64,000 nt of DNA. It comes from Podarcis vaucheri. Lineage: Eukaryota. This document shows, one piece after another, positions 50,501 to 62,500 of the stretch (position 1 is the first letter of the stretch; every line of letters begins with the position of its first letter). The notes beneath the pieces are model-generated. The model was not told the origin of the DNA and did not search any database. It saw only the letters and a list, made by a program, of their open reading frames with translations. The position numbers were made by a program, and so were the translations under genes. The stretch is taken from the NCBI GenBank assembly GCA_965113315.1, contig OZ220369.1; one strand, 5' to 3'.

Positions 50501-53500
50501 CTCCTTCAGCAAAGGAATGTGGAGTCTTTGGTCCGAGGGCCAAATGTGGCCCTCCAGGGCCCCCACTCACCCACAGGACTCTCTCCAGGCCACGCCCCTT
50601 CCTGAGCCACACCCACCAGTACTGCTTTTGCCTGAGTAGAATGAACTCATTTAATACTTCTTTCTTTGTCTGCATGATGTATGCATGAACAGAAACTAGA
50701 TGGCGGTATAAAGGTAAAACAAATTCACCCCCATTGCTTTGTCCACTTTTGCCTCTAGTCCCACTCACCACTGTAATGTGGCCTCTGGAAGGCGACCCAG
50801 AAGGGAATGCGGCCCTCTGTCTGAAGAAGATTCCCCATCCCTGCTCTTGGATTCTGATTGCTGGAGGAAAGCCAACCAACTTCCATATGGAAGGGCCCTG
50901 AACTTCCGTTCAAGTGTCATGGAAAGTACCCCCAAAGGAAAGCCCTGGCTCATTGCTTGGGTCATTGGAGCTTGCTTACTGCAGACTCCCCAGAGCACTG
51001 CTGGAAAAGCGCATTGGTACAAAGAGCTGATTTGGTATTTGCAAACTTAAGAAAACCTGCTGGATCAGGCCAGTGGCATATCTAGTCCAGCATCCTGTTC
51101 TCACAGTGGCCAACCAGATGCCTGTGGGAATCTTGCAAACAAGACCTGAGTGCAACTGGAGTGGAGCTTTTCAACAGGCAGAAAGGTAAGGTAAACACAA
51201 GAAACTGGTTCAACAGCAAGGCAAAGGCAGCCAGGAGCCAAGGTCTTTGTCATGAACCTAAGTAAATCAATAAAGGCAGGGTGACAAGGGACCCCAAAGT
51301 CTGTACATGTGATCCTCCCACAAGAGCCAGACGGGTAGGGGAGATGTATTTTGCATTGCACTGTTACAGACACAAGAAGCAGCAGGCAATCCATCAAGCA
51401 CTTTTTTTTGTCTAGTCCTATATACTGCTGAAAACCAATGCGTTTCCTCCCTGTCCCCCTGAGCAGGCATGATCCAGCTCTGCTAGTGAAAGCACATCAA
51501 TAGAAGGACTGGTCTGTGCAGCCACATCCCAAGTTCAGAAGTATTCAAAGTACTGAATTTGAGACTAAGGGCTTATCCACACTTCCTCCCCCCGCCCCCC
51601 GCTTTCCCTCAGGAAAACCCACAGTTTAGTGCTGAATTGGAACAAATGGCAATTGGATTTTCTACGGGTTGCTATTTATTCTGATTTAGCACTGAAGAGT
51701 GGTTTTTCGGGGGGGGGGGGCGAACAATGGGGCAAACACAAAACTGCTCGGACCTGTGCCTAGAAAGCACGGAACAAGCAGACAGAAAACCACTCAAGCC
51801 CATGCTGTCTAGGCATGGGAGAAGCAGACATGTGGACCAGCCCCAAGAGGGTATTTTTTCTGCTTGTGCAATTCAATGCAGTTAGATTCTGCAGCCGTCA
51901 CTTGAACAACATAGCACATTTTTGCCTCTCACACTTGTGCGTGCGCACAGCAAATCCCTGCCCAAATCTCCAGAGTCCAGATCAGCAGACCTGCTGCTGT
52001 GCTTCCAGACAGGCAGCTCTCCCTTCCTCATAACCTGGAGAACCTCCAGCAGGCAGAACCAGAGGCTCTTCTCCTCCCACCCAAGGAAGCTGCAGAGGGA
52101 GCCAGGGCCTGCCTGGGAAGTGGTATGAAGAGTGTGCAAATGGAGCACCTCTATGCAAATAAACAAAAAGCATTCCATCATTGAATCATTCAAATATGTC
52201 ACTCACAAAACAGTGTGACATGGTGGATAAAGGACTGGAGCTTGCATCCCTCCTTGCCCTTGGAGCTCACTGAAGAGCTACGGGCAAGTCATTCTCAGGC
52301 TAAGCTACCTCCTTCTCAGAGGGTTGTTGGGAGGATAAAACCCCACGTATCATACTCTGAACTCCTCAGAGGGAAGGCTGGATAAGCATTAGATAGGAAA
52401 ATAATTTAATATGAGTCATTGTTATTTATGGGCATCATTTAATTTTAATTTGGGGAAAGAATCTGAATTGCCAGAGCCCCTATGGCTTCCTGCATTAGGG
52501 GGACAGAGTGGCAGTTCTTGTGTGCTTGGGGGCCTTTCACAGCACACCCATCCTTCCTGCTTTTCTCCTGGCCACCCTCCCTCCCCACTCTCTGTTTCCC
52601 TGCAGACTCACCTGTAGTCCTCCGTCAGAGTAACACAGGACTCTTCTTTCCTCAGGCGAGCAAGAAGCGCCCCTCCTTCCAGCTGCAACCTGACCAGCCG
52701 TCTATCATCAAGAACAGTCTTCATTAATTGCCTGTAGCTCTTCAGCAAGGCATCAGCCTCCTGAGAAACCAAGAAAAGCACACAGACCCTGCTCAGGGCA
52801 TTTACAATCAAATGTTTGTCTTAACCAGTATGAAAAGCAGCCTGAGAAAATTGACCACCCCTCACAAGTTCCTAAAAGTGACCTGGGAACAGAAGACAAG
52901 AATCCTCCCTCTTTGCTGAGGGATTATGATGATTTAGACCCAGTTGCTTTGCTCTGAGATCAATTGCTCCTTTTCCGTCCTTCCTGACACAATTAGGCGC
53001 TGCTCTGAGGCCGACAGGCAGCAAGAGGCACCCAAGTTTCACCCTGAAAAGATGACACAGCATGGCAGAGGGCACTGCATCCTTATATGCTGCTCTCTGC
53101 TGCAGTTGTGCTGCAAAGCCTGCTGGCCTGGCCAGGTCTTCAGGCACTCCAGGGTCTCCTCCCCAGCAAGCTGTCTCTCTGGGGCAAGAAAGGAGCACCG
53201 GGATGCCCAAGACTGACACACCATTCACTTCCCATAATACATTCTGGGCAACCGTTCTTTACTTCCTGGAGCGGACCTTCATTTCTGGCCATGGCGGCCA
53301 AACATAATAATGATGCATTGGTGTGATTGTAAATGTTAATGTTTGTAACATTTACTCAGTGCTCCCCTCCTCTTGCTTACTCTCCAAACTCTTGGAACAG
53401 GTGATGGTTGTTGCTCCAACAACTATAGATGGGAAGCAGAAGACTCACCTCCGCTTTCTCTGGCCAGCTGCTGGACTCCACAGCTTGAATGGCTTCCCTG

Positions 53501-56500
53501 AGGAAGGTGCCGGCATCTTCGCATCCATGCAGCAGGTGCTCCAGGCGCTGAAAGGCCAGCAAGCATAGAGTTGACTGACAGCCCACCTCCTTCCTTGAGG
53601 CTCTCAAACCAAGCAGTTTCCCCCTGGGTTAGGGAGGGGAACGCTGGGAGGCCCCAGAGACTGGTCTGGACTATGGCCAAAATGCTCATACCACCAAGCG
53701 GCAGCATTACTGGGCCCAGATGGGAGCATCACTCACTCACCATTCGAAAGCGCAGCCAGTCCTGATGGCAATATGGAAGGGCCCCGTCAAATTCTAGGGG
53801 CAGCTGCCCCCCCTCGATGTGCTTGTGGAGGGATTTCATGGAGGTGAGAAGTTCCCACTGAGGAGAAACAAACATGCAAGTGCAAAGCTGAGGCAAAGAG
53901 CCCTGTGCTAGGCCAATGGGCCAGCGAACTGGGCCCGGACTCTCCTGCTGGCCTTCACACCGGTAACTCCCAGCTGTGCTGCGTCTTGGATAAGGCACTT
54001 GCAGGAGAGGTTCAGAGAGGAGAGAGATTAGGGCAACAAGAGAGGAATATTGGAGGGTTCAGGACAGAGAAAAGAAAGGACTTTTTCATACAGCACCACC
54101 TAGCTGAGCTGCGGTATTTTCTCCCACAAAAGGCAGTGAAGATCAACAACTTGGCTAGCTTTATAAAGGAGGTACGACAAGCTCACAGAAGAGGGGGAAG
54201 CTATCAAGGGCTACCAGCCATGATGGCTATGTTCTGCCTCTACCTTTGGTCAGCAGTAGGGGATAGGGAGGGTCAGAGTGATTCTTAGTCACCATGGGTT
54301 AAAAACTTGTCCCAAGAGCCAAGGGATGTGTAGACACTCCTGGTGAGAGCCTGAGATTTTCCTTGGATGAAGGAGAAGTGCATGGAGTGAACACAGACTA
54401 ACAAATCAAGGCGGGTGAAGGGTGGCTGCCACAGCCCAACCCCCAACAACAGAAACTCAAGATGACCAGCTGGTTGGTGGCAGCTCAGCAGAACAGCACC
54501 AGAGCAGCTACCCAGGATCAGGCATGAGTTACAAAAGGGAAGCAATGCCCTCAGGTTTCCCCTGGTGATGGCAAAGCACTCCTTATCTAGTCCAATTGAT
54601 AATACACTCATACCTGGGAAGTTGAACGCCTTGCGAGTTGAAAGTTTTGGCTCCTGAACACCACAAACCCAGAAGTGAGTGTTCCGGTTTGCAAACGTTC
54701 TTTGGAACCTGAACATCCAACGCGGGTTCCACAGCTTCCGATTGGCTGCAGGAGCTTTCTGCAGCCAATAAGAAACCGCGCCTTGGTTTCTGAACGTTTT
54801 GGAAGTTGAACGGACTTCCGGAATGGATTCCGTTCGACTTCCGAGGTACCTGTACTTGTTTGTTGTCTTCTGCTGCTCTCCCTTCTTTCCAGAGCCTCCT
54901 TGGCTTAAGGCTTAAGCCATTTCTCCTCTAGCACTGAGAATATCTCCCCGCCTTCCCCAGCCTCCTCGCCTAGTTTAATTGCTGTCTTCCCTTTCAGCTG
55001 ACATATTGGCATGTTGATGCCTTCTGCTTGTCAGGTTTGCTCTCTCAACCTGAGAGGCTGGTTCCTTTCCACATGCTCAAGTCATGTGAAATCTAAATCA
55101 TGCACAAAAGAGTCAGGTTGTCATCCTAAAAGAGGGAAAAGTCATGAAAAGTGACTGGGCACAAAACACTTTTGTAATTTGAAACAAATATGTTCAGATC
55201 TGGAGCAAGTTGACATTCTTCACCCAAAACAATCCATACAAACAAAAACTATGATTGCATGCTTTATTCTGAACTTTTGGTTGCCACCAACTAAGTACAG
55301 TGGTGCCCCGCAAGACGAATGCCTCGCAAAACGGAAAACCCGCTAGACGAAAGGGTTTTCCGTTTTGGAGGTGCTTCGCAAAACGAATTTCCTATGGGCT
55401 TGCTTCGCAAGACGACAATGCCTTGCGAGTTCCTGCGGGTTTTTTCCCCTCCCCCCTTTTTCTAAGCCACTAAGCCGCTTATCAGCTGATCCGATCAGCA
55501 GATAAGCCGCTAAAAGCCGCTAAAAGCCGCTAATAGCGCTAATCCGCTAATCCGTCAATGGGCTTGCTTCGCAAGACGAAAAAACCGCTAGACGAAGAGA
55601 ATCACAGAACCGCTAGACGAAGAGAATCACAGAACGAGGCACCACTGTATTACACAGAGTAAACCAATTAAAATTAACAGACACAACTAACTTAAATCCA
55701 TTAATTTCAATGGGACTGTTCTGAGTTGAATGTAGCTGGAGAGAACCTTTTATATTTGGAGGACTGCAAGAGGCCACAGAGGAACGAATATCAATGCTGC
55801 AGCTGGACCAAAAGGACAACTTTTGAGCTTCTTTAGCAGCTTTGAAATAAGCTGTTTTGTCTCAGCAGTATTATGGAGGTAATGTGAAATTAATTTGTGG
55901 GAAGGGAAGAGAGAGAATCAGAGCAGCCTTTTTGTTTTTCCTATAAAGCCCTGTTCTGATGTGCTTTTTGCATTTTGGGAAATTCAAAATGGCTACAACC
56001 ATTAAAAATGTTTGGCTCTTTTTCTTCTCACTGGGAGGCAGCAGATAAATATCTACAGGGAAAAAACATTTTTACAGAAAAGTGGGCTGTTCCCCCCAGC
56101 AGTTCCTTTTATTTGAGTGGTGTAGTTAAATACCTATCCAAATAAAAGGTAGTCATTAAAGCAGGTTTGTTAAAAATATAAAGTCACAGTGTGCCAGCCC
56201 ATGCAACCTGGAATGACACACCAACAGGTCCATCCAACATGTCTTCTAAAGTCTCCCTGCAACTGAGCTTGGAAGCTAAATAAAGGAAAATAAAAGGAAG
56301 TTGAAATTCCTCCACATCCAAACTCTGTGCTAGATAAGACTACCCAGAATTTTGCTACATAGAATTGCAGAGGCAAACAAGCCTAAGAGTAAAAGAGTGA
56401 AGTGCTCAGAGATGAAAAAGGTGTGTGAATACCTCTCATACCTGTATAGAAGCTGGTTTTTCCAATCGAAAACTGATATCTTTCTCAACAAGCAACAAGG

Positions 56501-59500
56501 CCCCATGGATGCAGCGAGGGACAGCATCCTGAAAGAGCAGAAACAGAGATTGGAGGAGCCCCTGCTGTTGGCTTTGGCTCTGGTCCAAAGTCTCGTCTGG
56601 TCTTATGAACAGCTGGGCAAGGATCTGTTCTTCGCTGTTTGCTTTGCACAGACTTTGCTCTGCCTTCCTACAAGCCATTCCATTTTTTAAAGTGAAAGAG
56701 ACAAATTTGATGGCCTGATGGGCACTGCTACCCACTTGTTCTAACCAGGTTCCTCTGGTCACTCTTTAGGGTTGGGAAGAAGAGGAAAAAAGAGTTGGGA
56801 GCAAAGGCCTCACCTGCAGAACAGCTAAAGCTTTAAAGAGAGCTGGGACTGGAGAGCATCGACGGGCATCTACCAGGATAGTTAGGCCCAAAGCCTGGCA
56901 CTCGGGCCTGGAAGTCAAAAAGAAGAGAAGACTTCATTGCTGAGAATCCACACAAGCTATTCCAGAGCGCCCAACTCCAGACAATAGCCTCTCAGCAACA
57001 GCAGCCCTCAACAGCCCTCAACCCACTGGCCCTATTTCTTATACCACCAAGGGTGCTTCTAGACAGGTGGAACTTGGCACTACCCAATTATTGCCCTTCT
57101 CTTCCATGATACAAGTGGAATTGCAGCTGACTGTCCACATTGGTCCTCAGGGCTTTTATTTGAGGAATGTTCATGGAGTGGGGGGAGAGAACCACTGCAA
57201 AAGCGCACTTTAAAATCATGCATAAGGGCATTTTTAATCTTCATTTTAAATAACTACACATTTTAATGAATAAATAAATGCACATTTAATTAAATAAGTG
57301 TCATTAAACATGGATTGTAATAGTAAATTATTGTAATTCTAAGGAAACTTAGAATTTAAAATTTAACTTAACACATCAAGAACTCTGAAGGATTTATTAT
57401 TATTATTTACAAAACCCCACACAGCATAAATCTCTGGAACAGACCAACGTAGTTTCCTGTGTCTAGTGGACAACAGCAAGACAAGGATCATACTACTATG
57501 TACTGTTTACTCCATGAGAATTGCTCCTTGATAAGTATATACAGGGTTGCAGCCTGAATTGGTTAGCTTTAAAGGTGCTGATAGGGGACCCGATAGATTT
57601 TCAGACCTATGGGAAAAAGTATTCCCTTCCCCCAGCTTCTTCACTTCTACACATTTCCCCCAAAATATGGAATAAGGTGGAGAGATATTAACTGGGCTAA
57701 GATCTGGGAGATCAGGATTAAATTTCCACTATTGAACCTTGAAGCAGTGAAATCTTTAACCTTACTGTCTTGTCAGCCTAACCTACCTCACAGGGTGGTG
57801 GTGGTGATGATGATAATGATGATAATGATAATGATGATGATAACAACAACAACAATATACCCTACCCATCTGGTTGGGTTTCCCCAGCCACTCTGGGCGA
57901 CTTCCAGAACATATAAAAGCATAATAAAATGTTAAAAACTTCCCCATGGGGAAATGGAGAATCATGAGTGCAACCTTGAGCTCCTTGGGAGGAAATGAGG
58001 CAATTAATGTAATAAAGAAGATCTCTAGCCTGTCAACCCCTGGCCGGAGGGTAGTGCTTAGGCAAGGTCTGAAGTTATATAAAAACAAGTAAGTCTAAAA
58101 AGCAAAGAAAAAATAAAAAAGACACAACTAGGATTTTCTGGTCTATGCACATTAGATTCTACATGCAAGTCTTTGGCAAATCCAGCGTGTGAGTTTCTGC
58201 TGGGACGGGCTTGCCTGGGTGGGCTGTCCAGGCACAGTGTCATCCATGCTCCTATACTATGTACTGTATAGGCTTTACATACTATGTTCTCATTTGAACA
58301 GTCCCTTGCAGCTTACTACTTTTTGTAATGCCATTTAAAATTTGACAAAGCCCTTTATCATTTTTTTATCCTCTCAACTACCCAGTAAAGTAGGCCACAG
58401 TGCAATTTTAGCAAAACAACAACAAGAACAGTACTTCCATCTTGAAGGTTCATTAAGTTGCTGTGCTCAGGGCTTGATGGCCCCGATGCCTCCTGATTTT
58501 CAAAAGTATCTCTGCAAACAGCACACATGGAGAAGAAATGCAGCCTGCAGAACGGGAAACACTAGAAGGCCTACTGGTGTGATACATATATTGCGCAGTA
58601 TTTCTTCCTGCTCTAGTCACTCTCTCCTTCTTCCCTTCCTCAGACATCCCACAAACCTGAGGACACTCCGTAAGTACAGGAGGAGGCGCATCAGCTCACT
58701 AGCATTGCAGTGTGGGTTTAGCCAAATTGTATTCCTCATTGTGATGATGACCACAGCATGTCCATACTTGTCTCTGGTGCCTGTGAATAAGGATGATTTG
58801 GTTAAATCTGGCGACGGGGCAGGAATTACAGTTATGCTCTTTCCACGCACAGGAAGCCCTTGGGAAATGTTGGCCATTGGCCATTCACCTGGACAGGTAA
58901 AATGCAGGCAGACACACAGACTTTATTCTAATGAGATAACCTGTGGCTCCTAATCCTTTTAGTGGACAAAACACCTAGGAGGTTTCACCTTGGGCCTTTG
59001 ATCCAAAAGGATGTCTCTGTTGGAACCCCAACAAAGAAGATTCCCTGGGCTCTCTTCTAAACAAGACTAGCCTGACTTAGTGAGGTAGAAGGATGAAAGT
59101 GTGAAAGACGCTTGCTTTAAAAAAAAGGCAGTTCACAGTTCTTTCCTTCTTTTACTTGGGTTGGGTGCTTTTATTTGCAGGATTTTCCGGCAAATGCAGT
59201 ATGTGAAACACCATTTGAAAACTACAAGTAGTACTACTACCTAGTATTTAAGACTAGAGCCAAAAGACCAAAGACATGGACTACTGGTTTATTATCCAGT
59301 TAGCTAGTTACATCTGTCTCTTGCCTTTCTACCAAATGTTGCTCAAGAAAGCTAACTACAATAAAATGCAAAATAACAATAAAACATAAAAATAGCTGAA
59401 GTAAATCATTAACAGAACTTCCCCTCAAACCTGGAAACTTTTTTTGCCTCCTGCTATTCCCTTCCAATCACTCTTTAATATCTTTTTAAAAATATATATT

Positions 59501-62500
59501 CTGCCACCCTAAGGCGCTGATTAGCTTAAACAAATACATGGTTATTTAACGTAACATAAATAAAATCAATACAAGAACCTGCCTTCACCTGTTGCCTCCA
59601 GCCCAGCAAGGGCCACCCAGTCTAGCAGCTGCTATTGTAAGCCTCAAACCTCAGTTGGCTTTTCTCCTCCCCATCTTTAAAAAGGAGTCTTAAGCATGCA
59701 AAACCATATCCACTCATTCACCGAAGACCCACTCACGACTGCAATATTCAATGAATGAACAGAAGAATGAATGAATACCAAAAAACAAACACATTTTGAA
59801 AACCTGTATCCTAGAAGCAGAATTTGTTAACAAAGACAAATGCAAACCTGCGTACCAGTATTTAGGTCCTTAGGGCAGAATTTGGCATCTGTGGACATAC
59901 AATGAACAGAGTGCTGTCAATGAAGACCCCACTTAAGCATTAGAGTGGTCCTCTGAAAGCTCCATTTCCCCCCACATCTTCAAAACAAGCAAGCAATCTC
60001 AGCATGTGTTGGAGAGGCTACAGCACCAATGTGGGAAAGGGTTTGACAGTCAGCCACCATGCTTTGGGAATCCTGCTGTGTCAAGTCACACTGGCCCTCA
60101 GGCAAAGGCAGTGAGCAGCTCATAGCAGCCCCATCAGTGCAGGTAGTCTTGCCTCTTTCACCTTGAGATGGGTAATGTTTCGTGTCTGCTGTAAGCACTA
60201 CAAGCCAAAGGAGAAGCATAGAATGATCTGGTCTATAAGGTAAACATTAAGCTTCACTCAGGCACACACACAACCCTTCTCCACCTGCTGCCTTTTTGCA
60301 AAGGCAACAGTCTATTTCAGCAACAATCTATGAAGAGCCATGCTTATTACCTGGCAGGCAGGCAACTCCACTCCTAAGCACCTCCCAGTTTACATCCTTC
60401 ATGGAAGTGGGGACAGTTTGCTGACTTCCACCAGATGGAACGAAGGGATATTCTTGGTGTGTGGCCACTGCTGAGCCTTCTTCCCAGATAGATCCATGAT
60501 CAGCTGGCACCAGCCTAACTTGGTCACCTCCTCTGCTGAATTCTTCTACCCATTTCAATGAGGCTTCTGTAAAAGAAAAAGTCATGCTAGAAGAATAGAT
60601 CTATCACCAACTTTGTGTTGGGTATTTGGCCGTGAAGCTTGGGTTATAAAATTGTTCCTCTTAAGGCCTCTTTTGCATAGGGGAATCAGGAGAAGAAGGA
60701 AGGGTTGGTTTGGCAGGTTTGCTTGCCTGCCTTCACTTTCACTGTGCAACTACAGCCCATGCTGTTGCAGATGCACATAGAGACCCGTGTCACCACTGCC
60801 AAATAAATTCAGAGAAAATTAGTTTATTTATTAAACTGCAACAGTTAAAAATAAAGCAAATATAATAAACACAAATATACCCAATTATAGTGTGTTTAAA
60901 AGCCACTACTCCACACACCTGCTTATTCATAGCCATTGAACATCAGCCCAAAGAGGGGAGGGTAGTAACAGCTCCCATGGGAAATATACCAGCTGAGACC
61001 TAGAGAAACAACACAGGACCAAATTCAAGACGGGCAGGTTTCTAATCTGACTGCACCATTTTCCTGATCTAAATGCCCCCTAACTGAAGCTGTCCTGTAG
61101 GGGGATATAGGTGCCTAGGATAACAGCAGCTTCAGGGTTGGGGAGGCAATTTAGATTGGAAAAACAGCACAGAAGGAAAGGGTTAAATGTCTCCTGTCCA
61201 AGTGCTAATCCCCATTTATCCAATTTGGGAGGCTCTATGTCTGCATTGAAGACAGGAGTGCCTGGCATGCTCTGGTNNNNNNNNNNNNNNNNNNNNNNNN
61301 NNNNNNNNNNNNNNNNNNNNNNNNNNNNNNNNNNNNNNNNNNNNNNNNNNNNNNNNNNNNNNNNNNNNNNNNNNNNNNNNNNNNNNNNNNNNNNNNNNNN
61401 NNNNNNNNNNNNNNNNNNNNNNNNNNNNNNNNNNNNNNNNNNNNNNNNNNNNNNNNNNNNNNNNNNNNNNNNNNNNTATGTCATACCTACTTCTCTCCCC
61501 TAGAGCACACATCCTGCTGCATATAATGGAAACAGCAGTTGCTAGATGTCTGGGGCAGCCAACCTTGGTGACAAACCATCTTGATGTTTTGATAGCAAAG
61601 CTGCCAACAACTCAATTAAACACAATTTGTGTATATCGCAGCCAGACCCAAGTGAAGACTCGCAGGGAGCAAGCTTTCAGAGCCAAGCAGGGCAAGAAGT
61701 GCAACCCTGACACCACACACACACACACACACACACAGTCCCTCTCCAAAGTCTGCTGCCATAGGCCTGCTGTCTGCTGGTGTGGTGTGACATCTGGCCT
61801 CCACTCCAGGCCCTTGTGCCAAGGACCCACTTCCTCAAAAAGCACCTCTGCACAGGTCTCATTCATTTCAAGGGAGTTTGCAAATTAGAGAAATGGCTCA
61901 TAGTTCAGTGGGATAGCAACCAATTTGCCCACAGAAGGTCCAAAGGTTCTATCCCCACTGGCTTCTCCAGGATGGGATATTAAAGACTCCTCTCTGAAAC
62001 TCTGGAGAGCCACTGGAAGTCAGTGTAGACAGTACTAAGCTAGTTGGACAAATGGATTTGACTAAGCATAAGGCAACTTCCTATGTTTTAACATAAATCC
62101 AACTGGATTCTGCCCACATAGCCAACCCTGCTGGTGCAGCATATCTCTGAAGCCAACCACCAAGAAAGGACAGGGAGAAGGAGTCAGGAAGGAACAGACA
62201 GACAAATACACACTCAGGTTTCCTAAACAGCCAGTTTTTGCCTCCCACAATAGACTGAGCATGCAAGATGCTCTAACCTGCTTGAAGCATTCATCAAGAT
62301 CTTTACCTAAATGCTTCTTCAGGGAGGGAGCTTCATTTGTATTATGGATCATTTTGAAATGTGTGTTAAGCAACAACTGTGTGGGCAGGTAGGCAGGCAG
62401 GCAGCCGATTCCTCTGACTCAGCTCCAGCACGTGCCGAGCGAGCAGGCAAACTCACTCACATGCGCTCCACAAGTGCACACCAAGCAAGGCCTGTTTCTT

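Noticed and set aside
55298-55647. Regularly spaced short repeats (CGCAAGACGAA) that could suggest a CRISPR-like array
   Set aside because: They lie within a TA-flanked Tigger-like MITE in eukaryotic DNA and lack constant repeat/spacer lengths.
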